A stretch of DNA of 46,263 nucleotides from an uncultured Gammaproteobacteria bacterium (GTDB lineage: Bacteria; Patescibacteriota; Patescibacteriia; SG8-24), in contig CAZAPV010000001.1 in assembly GCA_964487195.1 (NCBI GenBank), positions 1-46,263 on the forward strand, in the 5' to 3' direction. Position 1 is the stretch's first letter; every line of letters starts with the position of its first letter. Under the pieces are notes generated by a model, which was given only the letters and a program-made list of their open reading frames with translations, did no database searches and was not told the DNA's origin. This document shows, in pieces, positions 18,567-26,533 of the stretch. The position numbers and the translations under genes are program-made.

Positions 18567-19541
18567 TTAAGTGTACCACGACCGCATCTGCTTCGGCGTC
18601 GTGCGCGCGCGGCGCATCGTCAGACGCCGTTTCGCGAGCGCGCGCGGGAGCAGCCGCAGAAACGACGGGATCGCCGCAAACGTCGCGGGCCGCCACGCTT
18701 CCCGCCAAAGAATCCGCGGAAAATGGAGGAGCGCGTTCGTCCACTGTTCGTTCTTCGCGAGGACGAGCAGGCGGTTGCGGCTGCGATAAAAATTCACCGC
18801 GCGCGATTTCGCCGGCGCGCCGGCAGCGCGATAACGATACGCGCGGCCGCGCGGGACGTAGAGCGATGCCCATCCACGGAGCCGGAGCCGCCACGCGAGA
18901 TCGACGTCGTCGTTGTACGAAAAGAAATCCTCGTCGAACACTTCGTGGCCGTACGCGACGTCGTCGAGCGCCGCGAGTCGGTAGAGCGCGAGCGCGCCGG
19001 AAACGCCGAACACTTCCTCCGTCCGTTCGTACCGCTCGCCGTCGGTCTCTCCGGCACCACGCGCCACGACGCGCCTGGATTTCCTGATCGCGAGCCCGGC
19101 GCCGTCGATCACGTTCGTCCGCTCACCTTCACGCATCTCCCCGTCGCCGCGGCTCACCACGCGCAGCAGTTTTCCGCACGCGCTCCCGACATCCGGCCGC
19201 CGCTCCACCGCCTCGACGAGACGTTCGACGCAATCCGGCGCAAGAACGACGTCGGGATTCACGGTGAGGATGAACAGATCGTCGCCGTCGCGCCGCAAGT
19301 GCGCGCGGGCGTACGCGATCGCCTGGTTGCGCGCGCGTGCGCCGCCGAGATCTTTGGAGTTTCGCAAAAAAATCGCGCGCGGATAGTCGCTCCGAACGAA
19401 CGATTCCGCGCCGTCGATCGAGGCGTTGTCGACGATGAGCAGCGCGCAATCCTTCCGCGTCTGCGCGCCGATCGCGGCGAGCGCCTCCGGCAGGTGTCGC
19501 ATGCTGTTCGAAGTGACGATGGAGATAACGATGCGCGACAT
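18567..19541 (-). CDS. Family 2 glycosyltransferase (soluble, rhamnosyl/galactosyl-transferase-like)
   Basis: ISIVTSNSMRHLPEALAAIGAQT...LLIVDNASIDG is a GT-A N-terminus. Confidence 0.8.
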   Translation of the reverse strand: MSRIVISIVTSNSMRHLPEALAAIGAQTRKDCALLIVDNASIDGAESFVRSDYPRAIFLRNSKDLGGARARNQAIAYARAHLRRDGDDLFILTVNPDVVLAPDCVERLVEAVERRPDVGSACGKLLRVVSRGDGEMREGERTNVIDGAGLAIRKSRRVVARGAGETDGERYERTEEVFGVSGALALYRLAALDDVAYGHEVFDEDFFSYNDDVDLAWRLRLRGWASLYVPRGRAYRYRAAGAPAKSRAVNFYRSRNRLLVLAKNEQWTNALLHFPRILWREAWRPATFAAIPSFLRLLPRALAKRRLTMRRARTTPKQMRSWYT

Positions 19542-19542
19542 A

Positions 19543-21087
19543 CTACGTCCGTTTTTTCTGCGTGACGTTGAATCCGAGATACCGGCCGAGCATCAGCCGC
19601 GTTTGCGCGTCGATCGCCGGGAGCGACCCGAACAGCACGAACGTCACCGGCACGAGCATCCATTGCAAAATCATGACGAGCCACGCGCGCGGACGTTTCC
19701 GCTGCGGCATCGGCGGGAGCAGCGTGAAACTCATCACCGCCGAAACGAACACGCCGACGAGCGCGAGCCGCATAAGAAGCGCGAGCGTGTGCGGCGTGTT
19801 CTGGAACAGCACCGCGGCGCGCAGCGAGTCCGGCGCGAACCAGAACGGCAGGTACCCGAGAAGCGTGATCATGAGCGGCGCGGTCGCCCACGTGTACATC
19901 CCTTCGCCGAGCGTCCAGAGATGGAAGATTTTTTTGCGAAGCGGGAAACTCGGATTGCGGACGAACCGGCTCACGAGGTACGGAAGGTGCTCGACCCCCC
20001 ACGCCCAGCGCCGCTGCTGTTTATACAGATTCCTGAGACTTTGCCAGTACGTGTCGCCGGCGACGGTATCCATCGACACCGGAATCGAGAGCGGCGTCAC
20101 GGTGTAATCGCCGTCGTAGCGCAGGAGGCATTGCAGGAAGATGCGCGAATCCTCGGTGACGATGTCTTTCTGCCAGAATCCGACGTCCACGAGCGCGCGC
20201 ATCGGCATGCTGTGCGACGAGAACGTGAACAGCCGTTCGGGACGCGTCAGCTCGGTCATCAGCCAGAACGTGGTGCCGAACGCCGCGATGCGCACCGCGG
20301 CCGGCGCGTCCCAGATGTTGTTGTTGTACAGCGCGATCGGCTGGTACGACGTCCGGAGCGGCGTCGGATGCGTCAGGTACGCGTGCGTGAGGCGCGCGAA
20401 ATATTGCGGATGGACGCACGTGTCGATGTCGAACGACGAGACGATCACGTGCTCGTACGGCACGCGCAGTTCGTCGATCAGCTCCTGCGCGCGATGCCCC
20501 GCCCAGTTCAGATTCGATCCCTTCCCCGGAATTTCGTCCGCGAGTCCGCGCGGATGCACGGTGACGAGCAGGCGAAAAAATTTATCGCCGAACTCTTTTA
20601 CGATCGCGTCCGCGACCGCCGCGAACCGTTCGCGATCCCCTTCTTCCCCCGCGAGCACGACGATGCAGCGCTCCTTCATCGGATACGCCGACGCGGCGAG
20701 ACTCGCGAACGACGTCCGCAACACCGCGAGATCTTCCTTATACGTCGGCATGAAAATCAAATGGCGGATATCGTCGAAACGCGGAATCGCCTTTACCCGC
20801 GCCAACCAGTCGATCTTCCCTTCGCGCCGATACCGATCCCAGGAGACCGCGAGCGAGAAAACGAAAAAGCAGACGCGGAACAGCCAGTAGAGGTCGAAGA
20901 TGATGATGAAATAGATCACCGCGAGCGGCGCGATGAACGACAAAACGACGGCGAGCACGAGCGTCGTCCACACCAGGCCGCCGGGGATGATTTCGAGCAG
21001 GCGATACGCGCGCGGCCCGATCCGCCGCCGCCCCTCCGCGTCGCTCGCGGTCACGCTCATTTTTACGTCTGTCGCTTCCATATGCAC
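19543..21087 (-). CDS. Integral-membrane family 2 glycosyltransferase (processive, cellulose/chitin-synthase-like)
   Basis: FMPTYKED, TEDSRIF (TED) and QQRRWAWG (QxxRW) motifs, flanked by multiple TMs. Codon 1 is GTG; the first ATG is at 21081. Confidence 0.8.
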   Translation of the reverse strand: MHMEATDVKMSVTASDAEGRRRIGPRAYRLLEIIPGGLVWTTLVLAVVLSFIAPLAVIYFIIIFDLYWLFRVCFFVFSLAVSWDRYRREGKIDWLARVKAIPRFDDIRHLIFMPTYKEDLAVLRTSFASLAASAYPMKERCIVVLAGEEGDRERFAAVADAIVKEFGDKFFRLLVTVHPRGLADEIPGKGSNLNWAGHRAQELIDELRVPYEHVIVSSFDIDTCVHPQYFARLTHAYLTHPTPLRTSYQPIALYNNNIWDAPAAVRIAAFGTTFWLMTELTRPERLFTFSSHSMPMRALVDVGFWQKDIVTEDSRIFLQCLLRYDGDYTVTPLSIPVSMDTVAGDTYWQSLRNLYKQQRRWAWGVEHLPYLVSRFVRNPSFPLRKKIFHLWTLGEGMYTWATAPLMITLLGYLPFWFAPDSLRAAVLFQNTPHTLALLMRLALVGVFVSAVMSFTLLPPMPQRKRPRAWLVMILQWMLVPVTFVLFGSLPAIDAQTRLMLGRYLGFNVTQKKRT

Positions 21088-21128
21088 GCACGCAGAGTAG
21101 CAGGGAACGACCGCTTATTCAACCCCGC

Positions 21129-21156
21129 TTGCCTGTTCCGCGCGGCGGGGTATACT
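21129..21156 (+). promoter_or_regulatory. Sigma70-like promoter giving a leaderless mRNA
   Basis: TTGCCT (21129-21134), 16-nt spacer, TATACT (21151-21156). The A of ATG 21163 is the 7th nt after the -10. Confidence 0.55.
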
Positions 21157-21162
21157 CCGGCC

Positions 21163-21585
21163 ATGTCCTTTTACGGCAACCGCAAACGCGTGGATGAGTT
21201 CGGCTTCCGCTCGCACCGCGTCGAGATCTACCGGGCGCGGCAAGGCGCATTGCACTGCGGACTGGACCACGAGCCGCACGAAACCGCGTGCGCCGCATGC
21301 CGGACGCCGATCCGCTGGTCGACGGTGTTCCTGATCTCGATCGACGGCCAGGAACTGGAGATGCCGTGCACCGACGCCGAGGAGGCGGCGGACACCGCGA
21401 TCGCGGTGATCGACAACGTCTCCGAAGACGCGGAAGACGAACCGTCACCGGTCGATCCGAAAGAACGGCCGACCGATCCCACCGCGCCAGCGCCGCATCC
21501 GACCGGCAAAGACGTCGCCGGACCGATCGACTGGAAAATGACCGCGGAAATTTTTTTCCGCGGACGAAAAAAGGGCGGCACATGA
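21163..21585 (+). CDS. Small hypothetical protein with a Cys/His cluster and an acidic, Pro-rich tail
   Basis: 140 aa. GC3-rich codon usage like neighbouring genes. LHCGLDHEPHETACAAC cluster. Has its own promoter and terminator. Only this C-terminal part of the 719-aa track ORF is not antisense to a GT2 gene. Confidence 0.55.
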   Translation: MSFYGNRKRVDEFGFRSHRVEIYRARQGALHCGLDHEPHETACAACRTPIRWSTVFLISIDGQELEMPCTDAEEAADTAIAVIDNVSEDAEDEPSPVDPKERPTDPTAPAPHPTGKDVAGPIDWKMTAEIFFRGRKKGGT

Positions 21586-21600
21586 CCGTCCATCCTCCCG

Positions 21601-21627
21601 GAGCTCCGTCAGACGGGGCTCTTTTTT
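21601..21627 (+). terminator. Rho-independent terminator embedded in the 3' end of the convergent gene
   Basis: GAGCTCCG, loop TCAGA, CGGGGCTC (one G.U pair), then TTTTTT. Confidence 0.6.
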
Positions 21628-22229
21628 GTCAGCAGCATCACGCGGTTCGTGCGAAGCCGCACCGTCGGACGCAGATCGAGCAGCCGCCGTTTCCATTCTT
21701 CGAACACCGCGGGTTGGTCGTAGCCGTTCACGCAGACGATCCCGTCGTCCGCGAGCAGACGGCTGATCGCATCCTGGAACGCGGGATCGGAGACGATCGG
21801 CGCGACCTTGTGGCCGGCGAACAGATCGACGAGCGCGAGATCGAACGTTCCGTCGAGCGACGGCACGATGGCCGCCGCGTCCCTTTCATAAAAACGGACG
21901 CGCGCGTCCGCGGGGGCGATGCCGAGTTCGCGGCCGAGCGCGAAAAGCGAGCCGTCCCAATCGACGCCGACGATCTCGGCGTCGGGGAAATATCGCCGCA
22001 GCAAATTCACGGTGTTCCCCAAACCGACGCCGAGCAGCAGGCAGCGCCGGACGTCCGGTTTCCGCCGCGCGGCCGCCGCGAGCGCCTTGGACCAGAGCGC
22101 GTCCATGAACGGCCCGCTCTGTTCGGTGCCGTCCGCGTGCGCCAATTTCCAGCGGCCGAAAAAACGGGACAGCGTCATCGTCCCGTTTTTGATCGTTGAA
22201 ATTTTCCTCCGCTCGTACAGCCAGGTCAT
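21609..22229 (-). CDS. SAM-dependent methyltransferase, spermidine-synthase-like fold
   Basis: Motif I CLLLGVGLGNT...EIVGVDWD and post-I LALVDLF. ATG 22229 follows the upstream TAG by 1 nt; alternative start at 22178. Confidence 0.65.
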   Translation of the reverse strand: MTWLYERRKISTIKNGTMTLSRFFGRWKLAHADGTEQSGPFMDALWSKALAAAARRKPDVRRCLLLGVGLGNTVNLLRRYFPDAEIVGVDWDGSLFALGRELGIAPADARVRFYERDAAAIVPSLDGTFDLALVDLFAGHKVAPIVSDPAFQDAISRLLADDGIVCVNGYDQPAVFEEWKRRLLDLRPTVRLRTNRVMLLTKKSPV

Positions 22230-22230
22230 G

Positions 22231-22638
22231 CTACAACGCCGGTTTCGCCTTCGTGATATTCGGCTCGCCGTCGTACGCGGCCTTGATCCAACGCCGCTTC
22301 TTCGCCCGTTTCGCCGCTCCGCGGATGCGCGCAGCAAGATCGTCTTTGGTTTCGTTTCCCGAAAGCGCGAGATCAACGACCGGAACATGCTTCGCGAACG
22401 CGAGCGCATTCCCGGTCGCGACCGCGGCGCGGATCACGCTCCAGCTCGCGTCGCGCCCGCTCCCGCGCGCGGAGCGCGCGACCGCGATCGCGGCGCATCC
22501 TTTCATCCGCGAGATCGCCGCGGCGAGCAGGCGGAATTCCTTCCCGCGCGGGGCCGAGGACCAACGCACGCGCCGTCCGCCGACGTCGCCGATCGTCGCG
22601 CCGTCATTTCGAAAATCGAGGAACAGCACCGGCTTCAT
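22231..22638 (-). CDS. Short, divergent TsaB-like (M22 glycoprotease-like, ASKHA fold) protein
   Basis: N-terminal VLFLDF strand resembles ILAIDTS. IAVARSARGSGRDASWSVIRAAVATGNALAFAKHVPVV resembles GPGSFTGLRIG...GLA...P. C-terminal YDGEPNIT. About 90 aa shorter than E. coli TsaB. Confidence 0.4.
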   Translation of the reverse strand: MKPVLFLDFRNDGATIGDVGGRRVRWSSAPRGKEFRLLAAAISRMKGCAAIAVARSARGSGRDASWSVIRAAVATGNALAFAKHVPVVDLALSGNETKDDLAARIRGAAKRAKKRRWIKAAYDGEPNITKAKPAL

Positions 22639-23237
22639 GGGACGACGGCGAGGCCGAGTTTCTCGGTGATCGTGTCGAGGACGACGATCTTCTTCGACTC
22701 GAGAATACTGTACAGGAATCTGTCGGTGACGTCGCGGCGGTATTTGTATTCCTGCGGGGACATGATCGTGTAATTCACTTCGCGGCCGAGCGTCCGTTCG
22801 AACCCGCGCACGAGCGACGACACGCGGTCGTGATTGACCCTGCCGACGATGAACAGGTCGACCGGCGCGGTGTCGTCCCCGGTGAAAAATCCGGTGAGCA
22901 CGAGGTACTGGACGCTGCCGAGCTGCGTGATCTTCTGGGCGAAGTCTTTCTCCACCATCACCTGCGACTTCAAAAACAACGCGCGCAGCTCCGGATACAG
23001 CAGCGACGAGGTGTTCAACCGGTAGTACCGCCGCTGCCGCGTCGCCGCCTTCGCCGCGCCGTCCGCGCCGACGACGACCCCCATCCCGACCAGATTGTTC
23101 AATTCATTCCTGACGGCGTTGATCTGCGAGCCGATCTTGCGGGTGAGCTCGCGAACGAAAAAAGCGCTCTGGTCGTTATGAAGGAAAAGGCGCAAAAGCC
23201 GCACCCTTGTTTTTGAACCAAACAGTTGTTCAAGCAT
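22635..23237 (-). CDS. Winged-helix (ArsR-like) regulator fused to a degenerate nucleotidyltransferase-like domain
   Basis: LFGSKTRVRLLRLFLHN...FVRELTRKIGSQINAVRNELNNLVGMGVV, then LVLTGFFTGDDTAPVDLFIVG. ATGA overlap with the downstream gene. Confidence 0.6.
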   Translation of the reverse strand: MLEQLFGSKTRVRLLRLFLHNDQSAFFVRELTRKIGSQINAVRNELNNLVGMGVVVGADGAAKAATRQRRYYRLNTSSLLYPELRALFLKSQVMVEKDFAQKITQLGSVQYLVLTGFFTGDDTAPVDLFIVGRVNHDRVSSLVRGFERTLGREVNYTIMSPQEYKYRRDVTDRFLYSILESKKIVVLDTITEKLGLAVVP

Positions 23238-23294
23238 GTTTCGCCCTCGTTACCGGTGTAGTATAATACCCGGGCAACGCAACGGTCAACGATT

Positions 23295-25334
23295 ATGACG
23301 ACATCCGAATCGCGCGCCGGCGCCATCGTGCGCTGGAACGGCAAAAAAGCGGAACCGTACGTCCAGACGATCACCGTCGACCCCGGCAAGGAAGCGGCCG
23401 AACGGCTGGGGAAGGTGTTCGGCGTGGTCGCGGTGGAAGCGGTCGCCAAAACCGGCGATGCGCTCGTCGCCCACATCGAAGACGCCCTGAACCGCGGGAT
23501 CGCGATGGCGATGCGGAAGCTGCCGGTCGACGCCCCGCAAGATACGGCGTTCGAAATGGCGATCGGCGCGGTCAACTACGCCGCCGAACGGCTGCTCGGC
23601 GATAACGGCCTCCCGGTCGACCCGGAACGCGTCACCGCAGCGCTCGTCGCCGTCCGAGACCGCGACGTCGCCGCCGCGATCTGGGGATCCCCGTCGCTGC
23701 TCCTGTTCCATCCGTCGACGTCCGGCGATCGCGTGCTGAATCTCGTCGACGACAGCCGTACGGAAAAACCGTCGCACGCGCGGCTCGCCATGCCCCGCCG
23801 CTGCTTCGGGAGCATCATCGCCGGCGCGATCGGCAAACGCGATCGGCTGCTGCTCGCGACGCAGAATCTGGAAAACCTGCTCGGCGATCGGCTCGCGGAG
23901 ATCGTGCTCGGCATGGATCCGATGAACGCTACCGAAGCGATCCGGATCGAGCTCGCCCCGGCCGCGGAAAGTTTGGCGCTCGCCGCGCTCGTAATCGACG
24001 TCGCCGACGTACGCTACATCGAACAGCTTCCGGGATCCACCAAAGAATCGCTCGACGCGCTGCGGCAAACCGCTTCGCGCACCAAAGAGATCATGTCGCC
24101 GTCCTTGAAAATTTCCATTCCGCGCCTTCCGCGCCTCCGTCTTCCGCCACTCCGTCTTCCGCGCCTCCCGACGCTCGCCGCGATCAAGCGGTCGCCGGAC
24201 CGATTGATGACCGCCATCGTCGACAACCTGAACGCGCTCACCGCGCGCCGGCGCGCCGCGTTGTTCGCGTTTCTCGCGGTGCTCGCCGCGGTGAACATGA
24301 GCGCGATGATCGGCGCGTGGAACCGCGACGGTCTGCGCGCAGCAGCAGCGTACGAAGCCGACGTCGCCGCGGCGCAGCAGCAGATCGACGCCGCGGAAGC
24401 GAGCATCATCTACCATGACGACGACCATGCCAAAACGTCGCTCGCCGGCGCCGATGCCGCGACCGTAGCGCTCCGTCCCGGCAACGCGAAACAAAAATCG
24501 ATGCGGCAAAATCTTGAAAAAGAAATCGCGGAGAAAAAAGACGAGCTCCGCCACGTCGTTGCGCTCGCCGCGCCGGAGGTGATCGCGACCGTCGGGAGCG
24601 GCGCCGACGCGGCGACGATCGTCCGCCTCGCCGCGCTCGGCGATTCGCTCTGGGGCGCGACCGCGGACGGCGGCGTCTTCACATTCCCAGGGCAGGGAAA
24701 AATGACGAAGCTCGCGACGATCGCCGGAGAGCCCGCGCTGTTCCTCGCCGCGGGCAGCGGCGTGCTCGCCGCGTCCAAAGACGGATCAGCGACGCTCATC
24801 GCGAACGGCGCGCCGCAACCGCTCACTGTCGCGCTCGACGCGACCGAGGCCGGAGCGAACGACGCGCAGCTGTACAACGCGCGCATCTACGTGCTCGACG
24901 CCGCGCACAACAGGATCGTGCGCCACGCCGCGGACGGACAGAATTTCGGCGCCGCGCAGTTCTACCTGAAAGACGGCACCGACCTGTCGCAGACCGTCTC
25001 CATGGCGATCGACGGCGCGGTGTGGCTGCTCCGCCGCGACGGCGGGATCATCCGGATCGTCAAAGGACTGCAGGAACCGTTCGCGGTGCAGGCCGTCGAT
25101 CCGGCGGTCACCGCGGCGAAAAAAATCCGGACCGCGTCCGCATCCGGCTCGCTCTACGTGCTTGATTCCTCCCCTGCCCGCATCCTCCGCTTCGACAAAA
25201 AAACCGGCCTGCTCCAGGCGCAGTACGTCGCGGACGCGCTCGCGGACGCGTCCGACTTCGCCGTCGACGAAACCGCCCACGCCCTTCTCGTCGCCAAAGC
25301 CAACCAGGTGCTCAAATTCACGTTGCCGCAATAA
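23295..25334 (+). CDS. Large hypothetical single-pass membrane protein (PP2C-like pseudo-phosphatase N-domain?, beta-propeller-like C-domain?)
   Basis: 679 aa. Central TM AALFAFLAVLAAVNMSAMIGAW. C-terminal repeated strands such as IYVLDAAHNRIVRH and LYVLDSSPARILRF. No catalytic motifs recognised. Confidence 0.7.
   Translation: MTTSESRAGAIVRWNGKKAEPYVQTITVDPGKEAAERLGKVFGVVAVEAVAKTGDALVAHIEDALNRGIAMAMRKLPVDAPQDTAFEMAIGAVNYAAERLLGDNGLPVDPERVTAALVAVRDRDVAAAIWGSPSLLLFHPSTSGDRVLNLVDDSRTEKPSHARLAMPRRCFGSIIAGAIGKRDRLLLATQNLENLLGDRLAEIVLGMDPMNATEAIRIELAPAAESLALAALVIDVADVRYIEQLPGSTKESLDALRQTASRTKEIMSPSLKISIPRLPRLRLPPLRLPRLPTLAAIKRSPDRLMTAIVDNLNALTARRRAALFAFLAVLAAVNMSAMIGAWNRDGLRAAAAYEADVAAAQQQIDAAEASIIYHDDDHAKTSLAGADAATVALRPGNAKQKSMRQNLEKEIAEKKDELRHVVALAAPEVIATVGSGADAATIVRLAALGDSLWGATADGGVFTFPGQGKMTKLATIAGEPALFLAAGSGVLAASKDGSATLIANGAPQPLTVALDATEAGANDAQLYNARIYVLDAAHNRIVRHAADGQNFGAAQFYLKDGTDLSQTVSMAIDGAVWLLRRDGGIIRIVKGLQEPFAVQAVDPAVTAAKKIRTASASGSLYVLDSSPARILRFDKKTGLLQAQYVADALADASDFAVDETAHALLVAKANQVLKFTLPQ
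24126..24170 (+). repeat. 3 x 15-bp in-frame tandem repeat encoding LPRLR-LPPLR-LPRLP
   Basis: cttccgcgcctccgt / cttccgccactccgt / cttccgcgcctcccg, immediately N-terminal to the TM segment of the 679-aa protein. Confidence 0.9.
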
Positions 25335-25366
25335 AAAAGACCCCGCGTCGCCGCGAGGCCTTTTTT
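25335..25366. terminator. Bidirectional terminator (imperfect stem) between the 679-aa gene and rplL
   Basis: AAAAAA-GACCCCGCG, loop TCGC, CGCGAGGCC-TTTTTT. Stem has one C.A mismatch. Confidence 0.6.
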
Positions 25367-25375
25367 GTTTTTCCG

Positions 25376-25777
25376 TTACTTCAGATTCACCTTGCCGCCG
25401 GCCTCTTCGATCTTCTTCTTCCATGCCTCGGCGTCGGCCTTGGCGACGCCCTCTTTCACCATCTTCGGTGCGGCGTCGACGAGGTCCTTGGCATCCTTGA
25501 GACCCATCTGAGTGAGCTCGCGGAGCGCTTTGATGACGCCGATCTTGTTCGAACCCGCGTCCGCGAGTTCGACGTCGAACGCCGCCTTCTCTTCGACCGG
25601 CGCGGCGGCCGCGGCGCCCGGGGCTGCCATCGCCATCATCGGCGCGGCGGCGGAAACGCCGAATTTGTCTTCGAGGATTTTGACGAGCTCGGCGAGGTCG
25701 AGGACGGTCATCTTCTCGATCGAGGAGACGAGATCCTTGAACTTCTCCGGCACGTCGACGTTTTTCATTTCTGCCAT
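25376..25777 (-). CDS. rplL: 50S ribosomal protein L7/L12
   Basis: [24 protein letters not shown]..., Ala-rich hinge, C-terminal [23 protein letters not shown]...EAGGKVNLK. Confidence 0.97.
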   Translation of the reverse strand: MAEMKNVDVPEKFKDLVSSIEKMTVLDLAELVKILEDKFGVSAAAPMMAMAAPGAAAAAPVEEKAAFDVELADAGSNKIGVIKALRELTQMGLKDAKDLVDAAPKMVKEGVAKADAEAWKKKIEEAGGKVNLK

Positions 25778-25787
25778 AGACGTGTGG

Positions 25788-26315
25788 TTATGCGGTTTTA
25801 GAATCCTTGATCGCGCCGAGCGCGTAGACGAGGTTGCGGATGTTGCCCTGCAGGACGTTCACGAAGCCGGAGAGCGGCGCGGCGATCGTGCCGACCACCT
25901 GGCCGATCAATTCCTGTTTCGACGGCAGCTTGGCGAGCGCCTTCACCTGGTCGATCGACATCCACTGCGATTCGAAATAGCCGCCGAGCACTTTGACGTT
26001 GTCGTGATCCTTGCGGAACTGCTCGAGCACCTTGGCCGGCGCGACGGCGTCCGCCATCCCGAACAGCATGGAGACGCTCCCCTTCAGCTGCTCGACGTCG
26101 ATCGCGGCGATCCCCGCGTCCTTGAGCGCGCGGCGGAGCAGCGTTTTTTTCGCGGTGCTGACGGCGACGTCCTCTTTTTTCGCGGTACGGCGCAGCGCGG
26201 AGGCGTCGTTGACTTTGAGCGCTGCCATGTCGGCGAAGATCACCGATTTGGCGGCGCGGAAGCCGTCGACGAATTCCTGCACTTCCGTTTGCTTCTGTGC
26301 GCGTGTTTTTGCCAT
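25788..26315 (-). CDS. rplJ: 50S ribosomal protein L10
   Basis: 175 aa, [17 protein letters not shown]...; immediately upstream of rplL. Confidence 0.95.
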   Translation of the reverse strand: MAKTRAQKQTEVQEFVDGFRAAKSVIFADMAALKVNDASALRRTAKKEDVAVSTAKKTLLRRALKDAGIAAIDVEQLKGSVSMLFGMADAVAPAKVLEQFRKDHDNVKVLGGYFESQWMSIDQVKALAKLPSKQELIGQVVGTIAAPLSGFVNVLQGNIRNLVYALGAIKDSKTA

Positions 26316-26486
26316 AGCGTTGCGTTCTTCCCCCTGTTCCTCGACCTTTAAAATAAAAATCCGCGGACATCGCCGCAGACAACGGACGCGAACGCGTCCC
26401 GAGTTCTACCTCGATGGGCCGGCCGACGGATGTCGACCGCTTAACCTTTCGGACCCATTGTCTACGGTAATCGAAGATTTGTTGGC
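26316..26486 (-). promoter_or_regulatory. Structured rplJ 5' leader with an internal terminator/attenuator hairpin (candidate L10 leader)
   Basis: About 170-nt UTR. Perfect hairpin GGACGCG-TT-CGCGTCC. Long-range ATGGGTCC...GGCCCAT pairing. Terminator UCUGCGG (26379-26373), 6-nt loop, CCGCGGA (26366-26360), then UUUUUAUUU (26359-26351), upstream of a purine-rich SD region. Confidence 0.55.
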
Positions 26487-26515
26487 ATCCTACCGGTCGG
26501 GCCGTTTGGTGTCAA
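26487..26515 (-). promoter_or_regulatory. Sigma70-like rplJL promoter
   Basis: Minus strand TTGACA (26515-26510), 17-nt spacer, TAGGAT (26492-26487). Confidence 0.65.
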
Positions 26516-26533
26516 GCGCGCTGAAAATCAGCA

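Noticed and set aside
16583-19087. 834-aa plus-strand ORF, the longest in the track
   Set aside because: It is entirely antisense to the DUF4012 and GT2 genes. Its translation is low-complexity and rich in Arg/Gly/Asp/Glu with no motifs. This is the expected stop-codon-poor antisense frame of high-GC coding DNA.
19426-21162. N-terminal about 580 aa of the 719-aa plus-strand ORF
   Set aside because: It is antisense to the two GT2 genes and Arg/His/Asp-rich. Only the part from ATG 21163 onward lies in otherwise non-coding DNA and has its own promoter and terminator, so only that part was called.
24126-24170. Short direct repeats considered as a CRISPR-like or minisatellite element
   Set aside because: There are only three 15-bp units with no spacers. 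They are in frame inside a long ORF and encode LPxLR pentapeptides, so this is a coding tandem repeat, not a CRISPR array.
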